DNA from: Promethearchaeia archaeon | GTDB taxonomy: Archaea > Asgardarchaeota > Lokiarchaeia > Sigyniarchaeales > SOKP01 | Length of the DNA: 64,000 nt | Reading direction: 5' to 3' | NCBI GenBank assembly: GCA_029856125.1 | Contig: JAHQWJ010000141.1 | Location: 18,053-82,052, forward strand | Part shown: piece after piece, positions 8,673 through 19,317 of the stretch | Layout: every line of letters starts with the position of its first letter | How positions within the stretch are numbered: position 1 is the first letter of the stretch | The notes under the pieces: generated by a model | Seen by the model: the letters and a program-made list of their open reading frames with translations, nothing else | Told to the model about the DNA's origin: nothing | Databases searched by the model: none | Position numbers and translations under genes: made by a program

Positions 8673-11315
8673 TTGGAAGAGAAAAAAGGTTTAAAACTTT
8701 ATTCGGTATCGAAATTTACTAATTTTGAAATGATAATGGATTCTCAGCTTGCTTCTTCTGGAGCTCATCAAGCCAAAGTACTTGAGAAGTGCGAGAAAAA
8801 CAATAAGTATATAAAAACACAAGCAATATCGATAAAAATTGTTTCAGCTTTTTTGATGGTGTTTATGCCTTTAATTTCAGTCATAATGTATTATGAAATT
8901 ACTGAAGAGATTGGCGATCTCTTTCCTATCCAGGGCAGAATATACATCTTTAGTTTTTTTATCCTATTGGCTCTAATTATTTCAATATTATATTTATTCC
9001 TTTTTGGGTTGTTTACAACAAGTTCGTTGATGTCAGGTTCTGCTTTTAAATGGTTGCACACGCTACCATTATCTCGAAAAGCTTTAAAAAAGTTAGGATT
9101 TATGACTTTGTTTAGAAACCTAAACATACAAATATTGGTGATGACCTTTGCTTTTCCAATAATTTTTTTTATTATAACGCAAAATATTTTAACATTTTTT
9201 ATGAGTCTTATTTCCTCGTTTCTAATAACTATTTTTGGAGCGAGTATTTTAATAATTGTTGGAGAAAAGTTCAGTCGGGTATTCTCAGAATCGAGTAGAC
9301 AATCAAGCAAAGCTAATCTTTTAAGAATGGTCTCATTGATAGGTTTTTTCATCATAGCTTTTGGTTCGAGTTTTATTATGAATTTCGGTATAAACGCCCT
9401 GTTTACTCTTATAGAGGATTTCAGTTCAAATCCTCCTACAATGGGTTTAAACATGATATTAAGTATGATCCCATTACCATTTGCACCAGCATATTTGGTG
9501 AGTCTAAGTCTGGTCGCTGACCAAGTTCCGTTAAGTCTATGGGCTTCAACTATAGTGGGTATGGTGCTTTTAGCGGGGATAACTTTTCTAACTTACAAAA
9601 TAGCAATCAAATCTTTATCGAGCGTTGCTACTTTTGAATTAGATTCCTCAAGGGCTAAAAAAGATGCAAAAAGAAAAGAAAAACCAATCTCGATAGAGGT
9701 AAAATCAACATCTCCCATAAAATCGTTTATTCGTAAGGATTTAATCGCTTCGACGCGCGATTATCAATCTTTAATTTTTGTTCTCATGCCTCTCTTTTAC
9801 CCTGTAATTATGATTTTATCGATGCAAGCTCCTATAACTAATGAAGTATCTTCAACTTTTAGTATTATGATATTGTGGGCAATAATTATGATAGCAAGTC
9901 AATTTATACCCCTTATGTTAGTAGGAGGTTTACTAAATATGGAAGAATCTGGTTCTTCGACACTTGCATCGTTGCCTCTTTTGCCTCGTGATCAAGCGAA
10001 AGCAAAATTAGTACTTATGTTAATCATACACGGAATTTCTATGAGTATTATGGCTATTGTCCTGATGTTATTAACCCAATCTGTAATGGTTTTGATTTTA
10101 ATATTAGGTAGTTTACCGATTACTTGGACTCTGCTTTTGTTTGTGTTTCAAATGAAGGTGCGATTATTTGGTACAATGAAATACAAATATGTGCTTGAAG
10201 AATTTAATGTAAAAAATAAATTATTGAAATGGGTATCTATCGTTGCCGCTGATATAGGTGTCTGTATTTTTATTCTGATACTTGGATTTACTTTTTTCCT
10301 TACTCTAGGAATTACATCCACTATTTTGATACTGTATTTCTTAGGTTTCGTTGGATTATCTGTGCTAATTTACACATTTACAAAAATGTTCCCGAATGTT
10401 GATAAGTTACCACAGTTTGAAACAAGAGGATTACTGAGAAATAAACCTATTCTTGGAGGTATCGTAATAATGCTTTTATTCATATTATTTCCATGGATTG
10501 CAACTTTTATTGAGATTATTTTTCTTCCTCTCATTTTAGGGTTAGAATTTATCGGAATCTTATTCTTCGAATTTTTTTATACTGAAGGTTTTTTTATACT
10601 TTTATTTCTCCTTATCGTTCCAAAAGGAATGAAATTACCTCGTAAAGATGAAACAATTTTAAGTTATACTAAAACAATTGGTTTAACAAGGGTTAAACCT
10701 TTAGGTCGAAACCTCCTAGTTGGATTCGGTGCTACTTTTATTCTTTGTTGTTCTTTGTTTATTGGTGCAAATCTCCTAGGAGTATTTTATTTTATTCCTG
10801 AGTTCTTGTTTAGAAATCCAAACCCTTCTTATTTAGGAGTTGCCAGTTTCGGTTGGTTCATTTGGATTTTTATGATTCGGCCAGGGTTATGGGAAGAAGT
10901 AGCATTTAGAGGTGTTGTTATACCTCTTCTTTCAAGAAAATATAAAAAATTATTGACGATTTTAATTAGTGGGGTTATTTTTGGACTAGCACACGCATTT
11001 AACATCATAGGGGTTTTATTATCCGGGGGTCCTCACATTTTTACGCTATTTCAGGTGATATATGCTACTTTAATCGGGTTTTCAATGGGATATATGTTTC
11101 TAAAAACAAAAAGTCTGCTTCCAAGCATTATATATCATTATTTACTCGATACAGTGGGAATGATTTTTCTAAATGTTTACATCGAAAACATGTTTCTCAT
11201 GGGAGTATTTTTAATTGTATTTTTAGGCGTTATTCCCGCAATTCTGAATATTGGCTTAACAAAATTGGTTTTTTGGAAAGATTATAATAAAGATGTTATA
11301 ATTAATAAGCGATAA
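8673..11315 (+). CDS. ABC exporter permease fused to a C-terminal CPBP (CAAX/Rce1-like) intramembrane protease
   Basis: Multi-TM N-terminal region with RKDL..R; C-terminal GLWEEVAFRG, FGLAH and HYLLD CPBP motifs. Confidence 0.85.
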   Translation: MEEKKGLKLYSVSKFTNFEMIMDSQLASSGAHQAKVLEKCEKNNKYIKTQAISIKIVSAFLMVFMPLISVIMYYEITEEIGDLFPIQGRIYIFSFFILLALIISILYLFLFGLFTTSSLMSGSAFKWLHTLPLSRKALKKLGFMTLFRNLNIQILVMTFAFPIIFFIITQNILTFFMSLISSFLITIFGASILIIVGEKFSRVFSESSRQSSKANLLRMVSLIGFFIIAFGSSFIMNFGINALFTLIEDFSSNPPTMGLNMILSMIPLPFAPAYLVSLSLVADQVPLSLWASTIVGMVLLAGITFLTYKIAIKSLSSVATFELDSSRAKKDAKRKEKPISIEVKSTSPIKSFIRKDLIASTRDYQSLIFVLMPLFYPVIMILSMQAPITNEVSSTFSIMILWAIIMIASQFIPLMLVGGLLNMEESGSSTLASLPLLPRDQAKAKLVLMLIIHGISMSIMAIVLMLLTQSVMVLILILGSLPITWTLLLFVFQMKVRLFGTMKYKYVLEEFNVKNKLLKWVSIVAADIGVCIFILILGFTFFLTLGITSTILILYFLGFVGLSVLIYTFTKMFPNVDKLPQFETRGLLRNKPILGGIVIMLLFILFPWIATFIEIIFLPLILGLEFIGILFFEFFYTEGFFILLFLLIVPKGMKLPRKDETILSYTKTIGLTRVKPLGRNLLVGFGATFILCCSLFIGANLLGVFYFIPEFLFRNPNPSYLGVASFGWFIWIFMIRPGLWEEVAFRGVVIPLLSRKYKKLLTILISGVIFGLAHAFNIIGVLLSGGPHIFTLFQVIYATLIGFSMGYMFLKTKSLLPSIIYHYLLDTVGMIFLNVYIENMFLMGVFLIVFLGVIPAILNIGLTKLVFWKDYNKDVIINKR

Positions 11316-11348
11316 AAATTTTTAAAAATTTTAATATGTTGATATAGA

Positions 11349-12143
11349 ATGAACGATAATATTGTTATATCTGTAAGTGAGTTAAAGAAATTTTTTGGAG
11401 ATGTAAAAGCTGTCAATGGTATTTCCTTTAATGTAAAAAAGGGAGAAGTTTTTGGCCTTTTAGGACCCAATGGCGCTGGAAAAACAACTACTATTAAACT
11501 TTTGTTAGGACTACTAGAACCAAACGAAGGTACCATTAAAATTATGGATTTAAATCCTGAAATAGATGAAGTTCAAATAAAAAGTCGGACGGGTTATGTT
11601 AGTGAAGAACCTTTAATTTTTAAATCTCTTACTCCAAAAGATCTTTTTAATTTTATTGCGTCAATACGCAAATTGAACGCAGAAGAAACTTCAAAAAGAG
11701 CTCAAGAATATATGGAGAGCTTAGGTGCTTTAGAATACTACGAACAGTTAGTTGCTACTCTTTCCCATGGGAATAAACAAAAAATTCAAATAATATCTTC
11801 GATCCTCCACGATCCCGAATTACTCATTTTGGACGAACCACTATCGGGGCTTGACGCAAAATCTGTAAAAGTTGTAAAGGAAATTATAGATATCCATATC
11901 GAAAATGGTGGTGCTGTATTATTTTCAACACATATTATGGAAATTGCCGAGGATTTGTGTGATCGCATCGCGATATTAAATCAAGGAAAAATAGTGGGAA
12001 TTGGATCTATGGATGATTTAAGACAGCAAGCAGATCATTTAGGAGCTAATTTAGAAGATGTCTTTTTAAGATTAACAGAGCAAGATGTAAGCGTAAACGA
12101 GATAGTAAAAAAGCTGAGAAAATCTTTTAGCGGCGGAAACTAA
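11349..12143 (+). CDS. ABC transporter ATP-binding protein (tandem paralog)
   Basis: Walker A/B; near-identical motifs to 7865-8671. Confidence 0.95.
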   Translation: MNDNIVISVSELKKFFGDVKAVNGISFNVKKGEVFGLLGPNGAGKTTTIKLLLGLLEPNEGTIKIMDLNPEIDEVQIKSRTGYVSEEPLIFKSLTPKDLFNFIASIRKLNAEETSKRAQEYMESLGALEYYEQLVATLSHGNKQKIQIISSILHDPELLILDEPLSGLDAKSVKVVKEIIDIHIENGGAVLFSTHIMEIAEDLCDRIAILNQGKIVGIGSMDDLRQQADHLGANLEDVFLRLTEQDVSVNEIVKKLRKSFSGGN

Positions 12144-12156
12144 GACTAGTTCGATT

Positions 12157-14766
12157 ATGACAGAAAAAGAAATGGGACTTTATAAGCTTGCAAAGTATAC
12201 TAACCTAGAAATTGTCATGGAGGCACAAGTTCAATCTAGTGGCGCAAACCAAGCTCGTGTTATGGAGAAATATAGGAAAAATAAGGGTTCCATTAAACAG
12301 CAAGCGTTTGCAATGAAAATAGTTCTTGCAGTGATGCTTTTAGTATTTGTAGCTGTTTTACCAATTAGTACTTATTTTCAGGTAAGAATCATGCTTAACA
12401 ATCCATTTGTAATCCCAGATTCTGTATTGATTCCTGGAAGCATCCTATTTGGAGCTTTTAATTTAATGCAATTAATTTACCTCATCATGCTCGGTATGTT
12501 CGCTATCGGCGCCATGATGTCTGGAGATACGTTTAGATGGTATGAAACGCTTCCGATATCAAAGAAAAGGTTAAGAAAATTAGGTTTTATGACTGTTTTC
12601 CGTAACTTAGATGTAGGCCTTATTACGATGATTCTTGCTTTTCCGATAATAATGTTCGCTGTCTCTCTTAATATATTGCTAGCTTTAGTCGCTCTGATGA
12701 TTTCAGTTATTAATGTTATGTTTTCTTTTAGCATACTTGTTTTAATAGCGGGAAGGATTAGTCGCGTATTAAAAATTAGCGAAGCAGGTTCTAAGAAAGC
12801 TACTCTCATTCGAATTTTCACGATGTTAAGTTATATGGTAGTCATATTTTCTGCTTCATTTTTCGTGCAATGGATAATCACTTCAGTAGGAGCCTTTTTT
12901 GATATGACGGCATCTTCAGATATTCCCTTGATAGTTAATATAATTATGAGTTTAATCCCGTATCCTTTTTCGTCTGGTTATTTGATAACTATGTCAATGG
13001 AGCCGTCAAGCTTTAGTCCAATTTTATGGGTTTCAGCTTTATTTGGAGTTGGTCTTTTCATATTATTAACATTTTTTACTTATAAAAAGGCTTTGAAAGC
13101 TATGAGAACGGTAACTTCATCAGCGTCTCTTGAAGCAAAACAATCATTATCATCAAATGAAACCTATGAAAAACCTATTGAGGTTCTAATCGAGCCCCGA
13201 ACGCCTATTAAAGCCTATATCCGTAAAGATTTATCTATTGCTACAAGAGATATTCAAACTTTTATGTTTATCATAATGCCATTTGTTTTTCCGTTTATGG
13301 TGTTAATCCCGCTATTAATCAGCCCATCAGGGCTTATGGATTCATTTACTGAAGATTTCGTTATGGTTTGGGCTATGGTAACTCTTTATCAACCTATGAT
13401 TTCAATGATGCTGACTTCGGGATTTTTAAATATGGAAGATTCTGGCTCATCGATTCTCTCGTCCTTACCAATACGTACTCGCAATCAAGCGAAAGCGAAA
13501 TTATTATTATTAGGTTCAATTCAAACGTTATCATATTTTCTTCCTCTATTGTTATTTATTCCGAATCCAGAATTCCTTAGTTATTTGTTTTCATTTATTT
13601 CTTATTATCCCGTTGTGGTAGTTCTGCTATTATCAATGTTTCAAATGAAACTTAGATTTTTTGGCAGAATGAAATATAAATTTGTTGTAGAAGAATTTAA
13701 TCCAGAAAAAAAGGTAACAAAATGGATCATAATGGGCGTTGTTCAATATCTAATTTACTTTGCTTTCAACTTCATGGGTAGCATTTTTTTGTTATTTTTT
13801 GGGCAGAGTATAATGTTTTTAGGAACATTTATTGGTGGAATCCTCGCTTTAGGTGTTTTATTACTTTCTTTCAATAGTATGTTTCCAAAAGTACTGGGAA
13901 AGAAACAAACTATAAGTATTAGAGAAATCTTTAGAAAGCACACTTTTCTTGGAACATTAAGTCTCTTAGCTTTAATGTTAGGGTTCTTACTCCTACCCGG
14001 GTTTGTTCAACTACCCTTACTATTCTTTCTCGATTCACTCCCTACTATAGCTATATTGTTTATTGATTTCTTTGTTAATTTTGGATTGATGATGTTGCTA
14101 TGGTTGGTAATTGTTCCAAGATTCTTAGGTCTCCCAAACGGAGAAGAACATTTAAAAGGATACATAAAGACGATTGGAATAAAAAACGACGGAAAACTTA
14201 TTCGTAATATATTACTCGGAATAGGTTGCTCTGTAATAGCTTTTATATGCAGATTTGTTACGGCGAATATATTTGGAAATTATGTTTTCGACCTAGACAC
14301 AATTTTTGGGACTCCTGGTTCGAGCGTTTTCTCTTATGGATGGTTCTTGTTTATACTTATGTTAATTCCAGGCATATGGGAGGAAGTCTCCTTCAGAGGT
14401 GTAATGATGACACTGAATATGAGAAAGCACTCTCGTACTACTGTGATTATAGCTATATCTCTTCTATTTGGATTGTCCCACTATATTAATTTACGAGGAA
14501 GTTCTAATTTATTTGCTACTAATTTACAGGTGATTTGGGCAGCATTGTTTGGTTTTCTACTTGGATATTTGTTTATAAAAACAAAAAGTCTGATACCCTC
14601 AATTATATTACATTATCTTGTAAATACTGTAGGACAATTATTTGTACCCGTTTCATTTGATAGCGTGATTAACTTAAGTTTATTTGCAGTATTAGGTCTT
14701 GGAATACTTCCCGCAGTTTTCGGGATGATTTTAGTTAAATTAGTTGTAAAAGCAGAAACTAGGTAG
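12157..14766 (+). CDS. ABC exporter permease fused to a C-terminal CPBP protease (tandem paralog)
   Basis: Same architecture as 8673-11315; GIWEEVSFRG, FGLSH, HYLVN. Confidence 0.85.
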   Translation: MTEKEMGLYKLAKYTNLEIVMEAQVQSSGANQARVMEKYRKNKGSIKQQAFAMKIVLAVMLLVFVAVLPISTYFQVRIMLNNPFVIPDSVLIPGSILFGAFNLMQLIYLIMLGMFAIGAMMSGDTFRWYETLPISKKRLRKLGFMTVFRNLDVGLITMILAFPIIMFAVSLNILLALVALMISVINVMFSFSILVLIAGRISRVLKISEAGSKKATLIRIFTMLSYMVVIFSASFFVQWIITSVGAFFDMTASSDIPLIVNIIMSLIPYPFSSGYLITMSMEPSSFSPILWVSALFGVGLFILLTFFTYKKALKAMRTVTSSASLEAKQSLSSNETYEKPIEVLIEPRTPIKAYIRKDLSIATRDIQTFMFIIMPFVFPFMVLIPLLISPSGLMDSFTEDFVMVWAMVTLYQPMISMMLTSGFLNMEDSGSSILSSLPIRTRNQAKAKLLLLGSIQTLSYFLPLLLFIPNPEFLSYLFSFISYYPVVVVLLLSMFQMKLRFFGRMKYKFVVEEFNPEKKVTKWIIMGVVQYLIYFAFNFMGSIFLLFFGQSIMFLGTFIGGILALGVLLLSFNSMFPKVLGKKQTISIREIFRKHTFLGTLSLLALMLGFLLLPGFVQLPLLFFLDSLPTIAILFIDFFVNFGLMMLLWLVIVPRFLGLPNGEEHLKGYIKTIGIKNDGKLIRNILLGIGCSVIAFICRFVTANIFGNYVFDLDTIFGTPGSSVFSYGWFLFILMLIPGIWEEVSFRGVMMTLNMRKHSRTTVIIAISLLFGLSHYINLRGSSNLFATNLQVIWAALFGFLLGYLFIKTKSLIPSIILHYLVNTVGQLFVPVSFDSVINLSLFAVLGLGILPAVFGMILVKLVVKAETR

Positions 14767-14783
14767 ATAATGTAAAAATAAAT

Positions 14784-16085
14784 CTATTCCTGTTTGTTGT
14801 CTATAAAAGTGCTAGTGATATAAGCAATACATAGTTTTAAAACTTCTTCGAGACTCCCACGTTCAATTTTATCAATTGTATCAGTAGGTTGGTGATAAAA
14901 TTGAAGCATTTCTTTTAGATTCATTGCTGAAATATTGAGCGCTTTTATTCCTGCTTTTGAAAATGCTGTAGCATCAGTACCACCGGTAATTTGGCCAAAT
15001 ATCTTATCAATCTTCCCCGATCCTCCTAGTGCAGACTCATTCACCTTGATATTTGCGCTTTTTGCAGCTTCTGTTAATTTTCTAACCATAATTTCAGAAT
15101 GCTTAGTTCTCGTAGAAGGCTCAAAATCTATGATAGAAATATTTTTTTTGCTCTGGATGGCGTCCATATTTACACACTCCGCGTCGTACTTCTTTAATTC
15201 GTTAAAATGACCAGAAACATATCTGAAAGCCCCTCTTAGACCGGCTTCTTCGCAACCAAAAGAAATTAATCGGATTTCAGTGTTTTTAGGGACGATGTTT
15301 TTATGTGTGCTCAAATATTTACCTATTGCTAATACGATTGCCACAGCACTTAAATTGTCAACAGCACCCGGTACCGTGTTTGCTTTTTCTCCGAAGGATA
15401 CGAAGAAAAACAAGCCTAAAAACGCAGGGACACCAATAACGAAAAGAGTGATGATATATATGATAAATAATTCGTAAAAAAATAAGTTAACCAGAATTAA
15501 CAGAACTATTATTAGTGAGGTAACAAGCCATATCAGCATTATACTAATGCCAAGTAAAATCACTATGGGGTAACCTAACTTTAGACGTGTTAATAAATTA
15601 AATTCGAGTGCACTGTCGTGATGCCCTGAAAAAATTAAAATCTTTTTAACCTCTTCTTTTGGATATATTCTTCCTACAACATTTTGAGAGGTTTTCGATT
15701 TAAATAAAGGATCAATAAACTCGCGATAATTGAAAAATTCGTTCCATAAAATTAAAAACGAAATTAAATTTAATGAGAAAGAAAGAAATGTCATTAGATA
15801 CCCCCAATAATTTGTAAGGTTAAGTGGTATCAGAAAAAACGCTAAAAAGGATGTAAGAACTAATAATATATCAATTTTAATATATCCTAAAAACGCTCGA
15901 GGGTTACACGAGAAAGGTTCTATTGCTACATCATCGCACGTTTTTTCTAATTCTTTTTTGATGATTTCAGCACTTTGAGCCTCTTGCGAGCTACATGGCA
16001 TTCTGCCTGGCTCACATTCCTTGATTATCCTGTTGATTATTTCGTACATATACTCTGAATTTTCTTTACTGATATTGAGTTCCAA
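14784..16085 (-). CDS. M28 family membrane metallopeptidase
   Basis: HHDS, GAVDN, GCEEAGLRGA, TDA, YHQPTD; internal TM helices. Confidence 0.88.
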   Translation of the reverse strand: MELNISKENSEYMYEIINRIIKECEPGRMPCSSQEAQSAEIIKKELEKTCDDVAIEPFSCNPRAFLGYIKIDILLVLTSFLAFFLIPLNLTNYWGYLMTFLSFSLNLISFLILWNEFFNYREFIDPLFKSKTSQNVVGRIYPKEEVKKILIFSGHHDSALEFNLLTRLKLGYPIVILLGISIMLIWLVTSLIIVLLILVNLFFYELFIIYIITLFVIGVPAFLGLFFFVSFGEKANTVPGAVDNLSAVAIVLAIGKYLSTHKNIVPKNTEIRLISFGCEEAGLRGAFRYVSGHFNELKKYDAECVNMDAIQSKKNISIIDFEPSTRTKHSEIMVRKLTEAAKSANIKVNESALGGSGKIDKIFGQITGGTDATAFSKAGIKALNISAMNLKEMLQFYHQPTDTIDKIERGSLEEVLKLCIAYITSTFIDNKQE

Positions 16086-16261
16086 ATTAATTACCCCTTT
16101 GCGTTCTGAATTTTGAATTTAATTAAGTTTGAGTATTAAGTTATAAATTATATATCAATATTGTCTTATAATCTTATAAAATAATTGATTTAGTGAGTTA
16201 AAAGTCATAATTTTTTTATTTTTTGAACTGTCCGTTTTTTTATGTTTTAATGGTGTAGTTA

Positions 16262-16987
16262 ATGAATTTATTTGAAAACGAACAATATGTGTGCAAAGTA
16301 TGTGGTTTTAATATTATAGGACACTTTCCTGAACGATGTCCTTTCTGCGGTGCTTTAAACATAAATTTCATAACAGCAGAGAATTGTTCCGAAAATTATA
16401 AAGTTTTAGAAACGAAAGTAACTGATAATGTTTTACAGCTGAATTCTACACCACCGTTAGGCTTAGAACACGCAGCCTATAGTATAAAAATAGATAATCA
16501 AACCATCTGGATAGATTGTCCATCTACTTTTGATAGTTCTTTAGAAAAAATGGATAAAATCATATTTACGCATCACCACTTTCTTGGAGCGTCAAATCTA
16601 TATCGAAGCTATAATACAGCTTTTGTTTGGATTCACATTGAGGATTCAAAACATATCATGTCTCAAAAACACCCATTTGATAAGAAATTTGACACAGATT
16701 TTCAGTTATCAGGAATTAAGGCTTTTTATATCGACGGTCATACCCCCGGATTTACTTTATATACCTATGAGGATATAGTTTTCGTTTGTGATTATGTATC
16801 TATATCGGATGGGAAAATGAAATTCAATCCCTATGGTCCACAGGGAAAAACGATTGAAGGGGGAAAAATAATTAATAAATTACTTGAAAATCAACATTAC
16901 CAAAAAGTGTGTGGTTTCGATTATGTAGTAGGTTTTTCAGAATGGATGAGTCTGTTTGACGACCTTCTTAAATCTTCAACCAACTAA
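16262..16987 (+). CDS. Rubredoxin-like domain fused to an MBL-fold hydrolase
   Basis: CKVCG...PERCPFCG at the N-terminus; THHH and GHTPG. Confidence 0.75.
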   Translation: MNLFENEQYVCKVCGFNIIGHFPERCPFCGALNINFITAENCSENYKVLETKVTDNVLQLNSTPPLGLEHAAYSIKIDNQTIWIDCPSTFDSSLEKMDKIIFTHHHFLGASNLYRSYNTAFVWIHIEDSKHIMSQKHPFDKKFDTDFQLSGIKAFYIDGHTPGFTLYTYEDIVFVCDYVSISDGKMKFNPYGPQGKTIEGGKIINKLLENQHYQKVCGFDYVVGFSEWMSLFDDLLKSSTN

Positions 16988-17009
16988 TTATATTGACGTT
17001 TAAGGATGT

Positions 17010-17234
17010 TTAATCAGAATTTACATGGTTCTTGGGTTTGAGTTCAAGTGCATTGGTAGGACAGATATCGATGCATAATCCACAACGTGTACATTTATCG
17101 TTTGGATCAATGAAATTCAATTTGCGTTTTTCGCCTATAGGAGTAGGAGGAGAAAAAAATAGGTTTTCAGGACACACTTCTACGCAATCTCTACATTTAA
17201 TACATAAAATATTATCAACAATTATTATTTTCAA
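17010..17234 (-). CDS. 2x[4Fe-4S] ferredoxin
   Basis: CIKCRDCVEVCP and CTRCGLCIDICP. Confidence 0.9.
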   Translation of the reverse strand: MKIIIVDNILCIKCRDCVEVCPENLFFSPPTPIGEKRKLNFIDPNDKCTRCGLCIDICPTNALELKPKNHVNSD

Positions 17235-17471
17235 AGAAATTCACTATAATTCGTTTATTGCTTATCTATTCACTACTTTAAAATTAAAATTAAGTAAAAT
17301 TAAGTTCAATTTTATTCCTACTACATATAAATTTTTTCTAAATGTTTAAGTTTTTTAATAAGAATTTTTTTAGTATTTTTAGAAAGAAATTGAATATGTC
17401 ACATGTAATTAAATTAGAATTTAGTTTAATAACTAATTGATATAGCATTACAAAATGGCTTTATACAGATA

Positions 17472-18323
17472 ATGGAAAGCTCAAGATTAAAACAATTTGA
17501 TATTTCTTGCCCAAAATGTGGAATTGAGAAAGAAATATCTGTTCCGGATTCATTGTTTCTCCAAAAAAAGTTTGGAACTGTCAAGATTAAAGTACCTCGG
17601 GGTGCGGTGTGTAAAGAACACAATTTTATAGTTTTTATCTCTACTAAAGGTCAAGTAATTGGATATGATGTAATAGACGCTTCTGTGTCTCTAGACCAGA
17701 AAGAAGAACAGTTTGGAGATTTAATTGATCTGACTTTGGATGAACTTATAGATGCATTCGGATTTAATTGTGTCGCTGGTTTTATACATGCTAAATTATT
17801 CGATTACCCGTCTTCTATTATAAGAAGCGAAGAATTTTTCCTTGACATCGGGCAATTAAACGAATTGTTTGATGATCTAATTCCTCCGAAATATCAAACT
17901 ACAAAAGCCATAAAGGACGAAGAATTTGACTCTTATGTGTTTCCTAATCCTAATTATTATTATTCAACTATTAAAAAAGCACACGCCGACGCATTTTTAA
18001 TTAATAATCGAAAATTAGTCATTCAAGTACCTTGGCGGGTAGAAATTGATTTTGAGAAGTCAATTTTAAGCAATGCACTAAGTAAAAAGGATAAAAGTGA
18101 GCAATTACAATGCTTGGCTCAATATATCAATCAATTTATTAGCGATGTAGAATTTACACAAAACCTTCTGGAAAATGTTAGGAGTATTAGTGAAAAGGAA
18201 TTAATTAAGAAGCTTAAAGAGAACCTGAAAGTATCTACGATTAATAAAAATAGAATCCTATCGATAAAAGAATTCATAACCAGAAGGATTTCAAAGGAAG
18301 TAGCTAGAAGGATTAAAAATTAA
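17472..18323 (+). CDS. Hypothetical protein with an N-terminal Loki-type Zn-ribbon domain
   Basis: CPKC...C.EH.F....GY..D, shared with 56845-57399. Confidence 0.7.
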   Translation: MESSRLKQFDISCPKCGIEKEISVPDSLFLQKKFGTVKIKVPRGAVCKEHNFIVFISTKGQVIGYDVIDASVSLDQKEEQFGDLIDLTLDELIDAFGFNCVAGFIHAKLFDYPSSIIRSEEFFLDIGQLNELFDDLIPPKYQTTKAIKDEEFDSYVFPNPNYYYSTIKKAHADAFLINNRKLVIQVPWRVEIDFEKSILSNALSKKDKSEQLQCLAQYINQFISDVEFTQNLLENVRSISEKELIKKLKENLKVSTINKNRILSIKEFITRRISKEVARRIKN

Positions 18324-18486
18324 CAAAATTCACCGCTAAGAGGAAATTTAGAATCTGAAGGTCTGAAATACTATTTTTATGATTTTACCCTAGATTAAGT
18401 AAAATACAAAAAAGATAATGAATTAATTATTTCAATAATTAAACAATACTACATATTTATTAATAATTATTAGAAGTGAAGAATAT

Positions 18487-19269
18487 ATGGATTGGGGAAT
18501 GCAAAATCGATTAGCAAGAATAATCAAACCTAAGTCTGGACGATGTGTGATGCTTGCTGTCGATCATGGATACTTTGGTAATATTCCGGGGTCTCTTAAG
18601 TGTTTTGGAGATTTGAACCCTTTATTTCAATACGCTGACGCTTTAATGTTAACCAGAGGGATGCTAAGAAGTTGTGTTTCTGCCGACGTCGATGTTCCAA
18701 TAGTTCTAAGAGTATCAGCAGGAGCTAGTATGCTAAAGGAGCTATCGAACGAAGAAATTAATGTTACGATTGAAGATGCAATAAGGTTAAATGTTTCAGC
18801 GATTACGTGCTCAATTTTCGTTGGAGGCGAGTTTGAAAAACAGAGTTTAATGAATTTGTCTAAATTAGTTAATTGGGGGCAAGAATATGGCATCCCAGCA
18901 TTAGCAGTCACTGCTGTTGGTAGGGAAATGGTAAGAGATTACAGATATTTAGGTATGGCAAGTAGAATGGCTGCCGAGTTAGGAGCTACTTTTGTAAAGA
19001 CATATTATTGTGATGATTTTGAAAATGTTACGAGCATTTGTCCCGTACCAGTTGTTATTGCTGGTGGGAAAAAATTACCTGAAAAAGATGCCTTACAAAT
19101 GGCTAAAAACGCCATCAATGCGGGAGCCGTAGGGGTTGACATGGGAAGGAATATTTTTCAATCAGATAAACCTATTGGAATGATTAAAGCAGTGAGAGCT
19201 ATAGTCCACGAGAACGCCTCTGTAGATGAGGCTTATGGCATTTATCAAGATGGCCCAATAGGGTTATAA
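18487..19269 (+). CDS. lsrF: LsrF-like class I aldolase/thiolase (DhnA family)
   Basis: MDWGMQNRL.RI, A.DHGYF, ELGA.FVKTY, VIAGGKK, GVDMGRNIFQ. Confidence 0.85.
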   Translation: MDWGMQNRLARIIKPKSGRCVMLAVDHGYFGNIPGSLKCFGDLNPLFQYADALMLTRGMLRSCVSADVDVPIVLRVSAGASMLKELSNEEINVTIEDAIRLNVSAITCSIFVGGEFEKQSLMNLSKLVNWGQEYGIPALAVTAVGREMVRDYRYLGMASRMAAELGATFVKTYYCDDFENVTSICPVPVVIAGGKKLPEKDALQMAKNAINAGAVGVDMGRNIFQSDKPIGMIKAVRAIVHENASVDEAYGIYQDGPIGL

Positions 19270-19317
19270 TTTTTTAGATATTAGGTTTAATTAGACTATA
19301 TACTTTTTTTTTATTCA

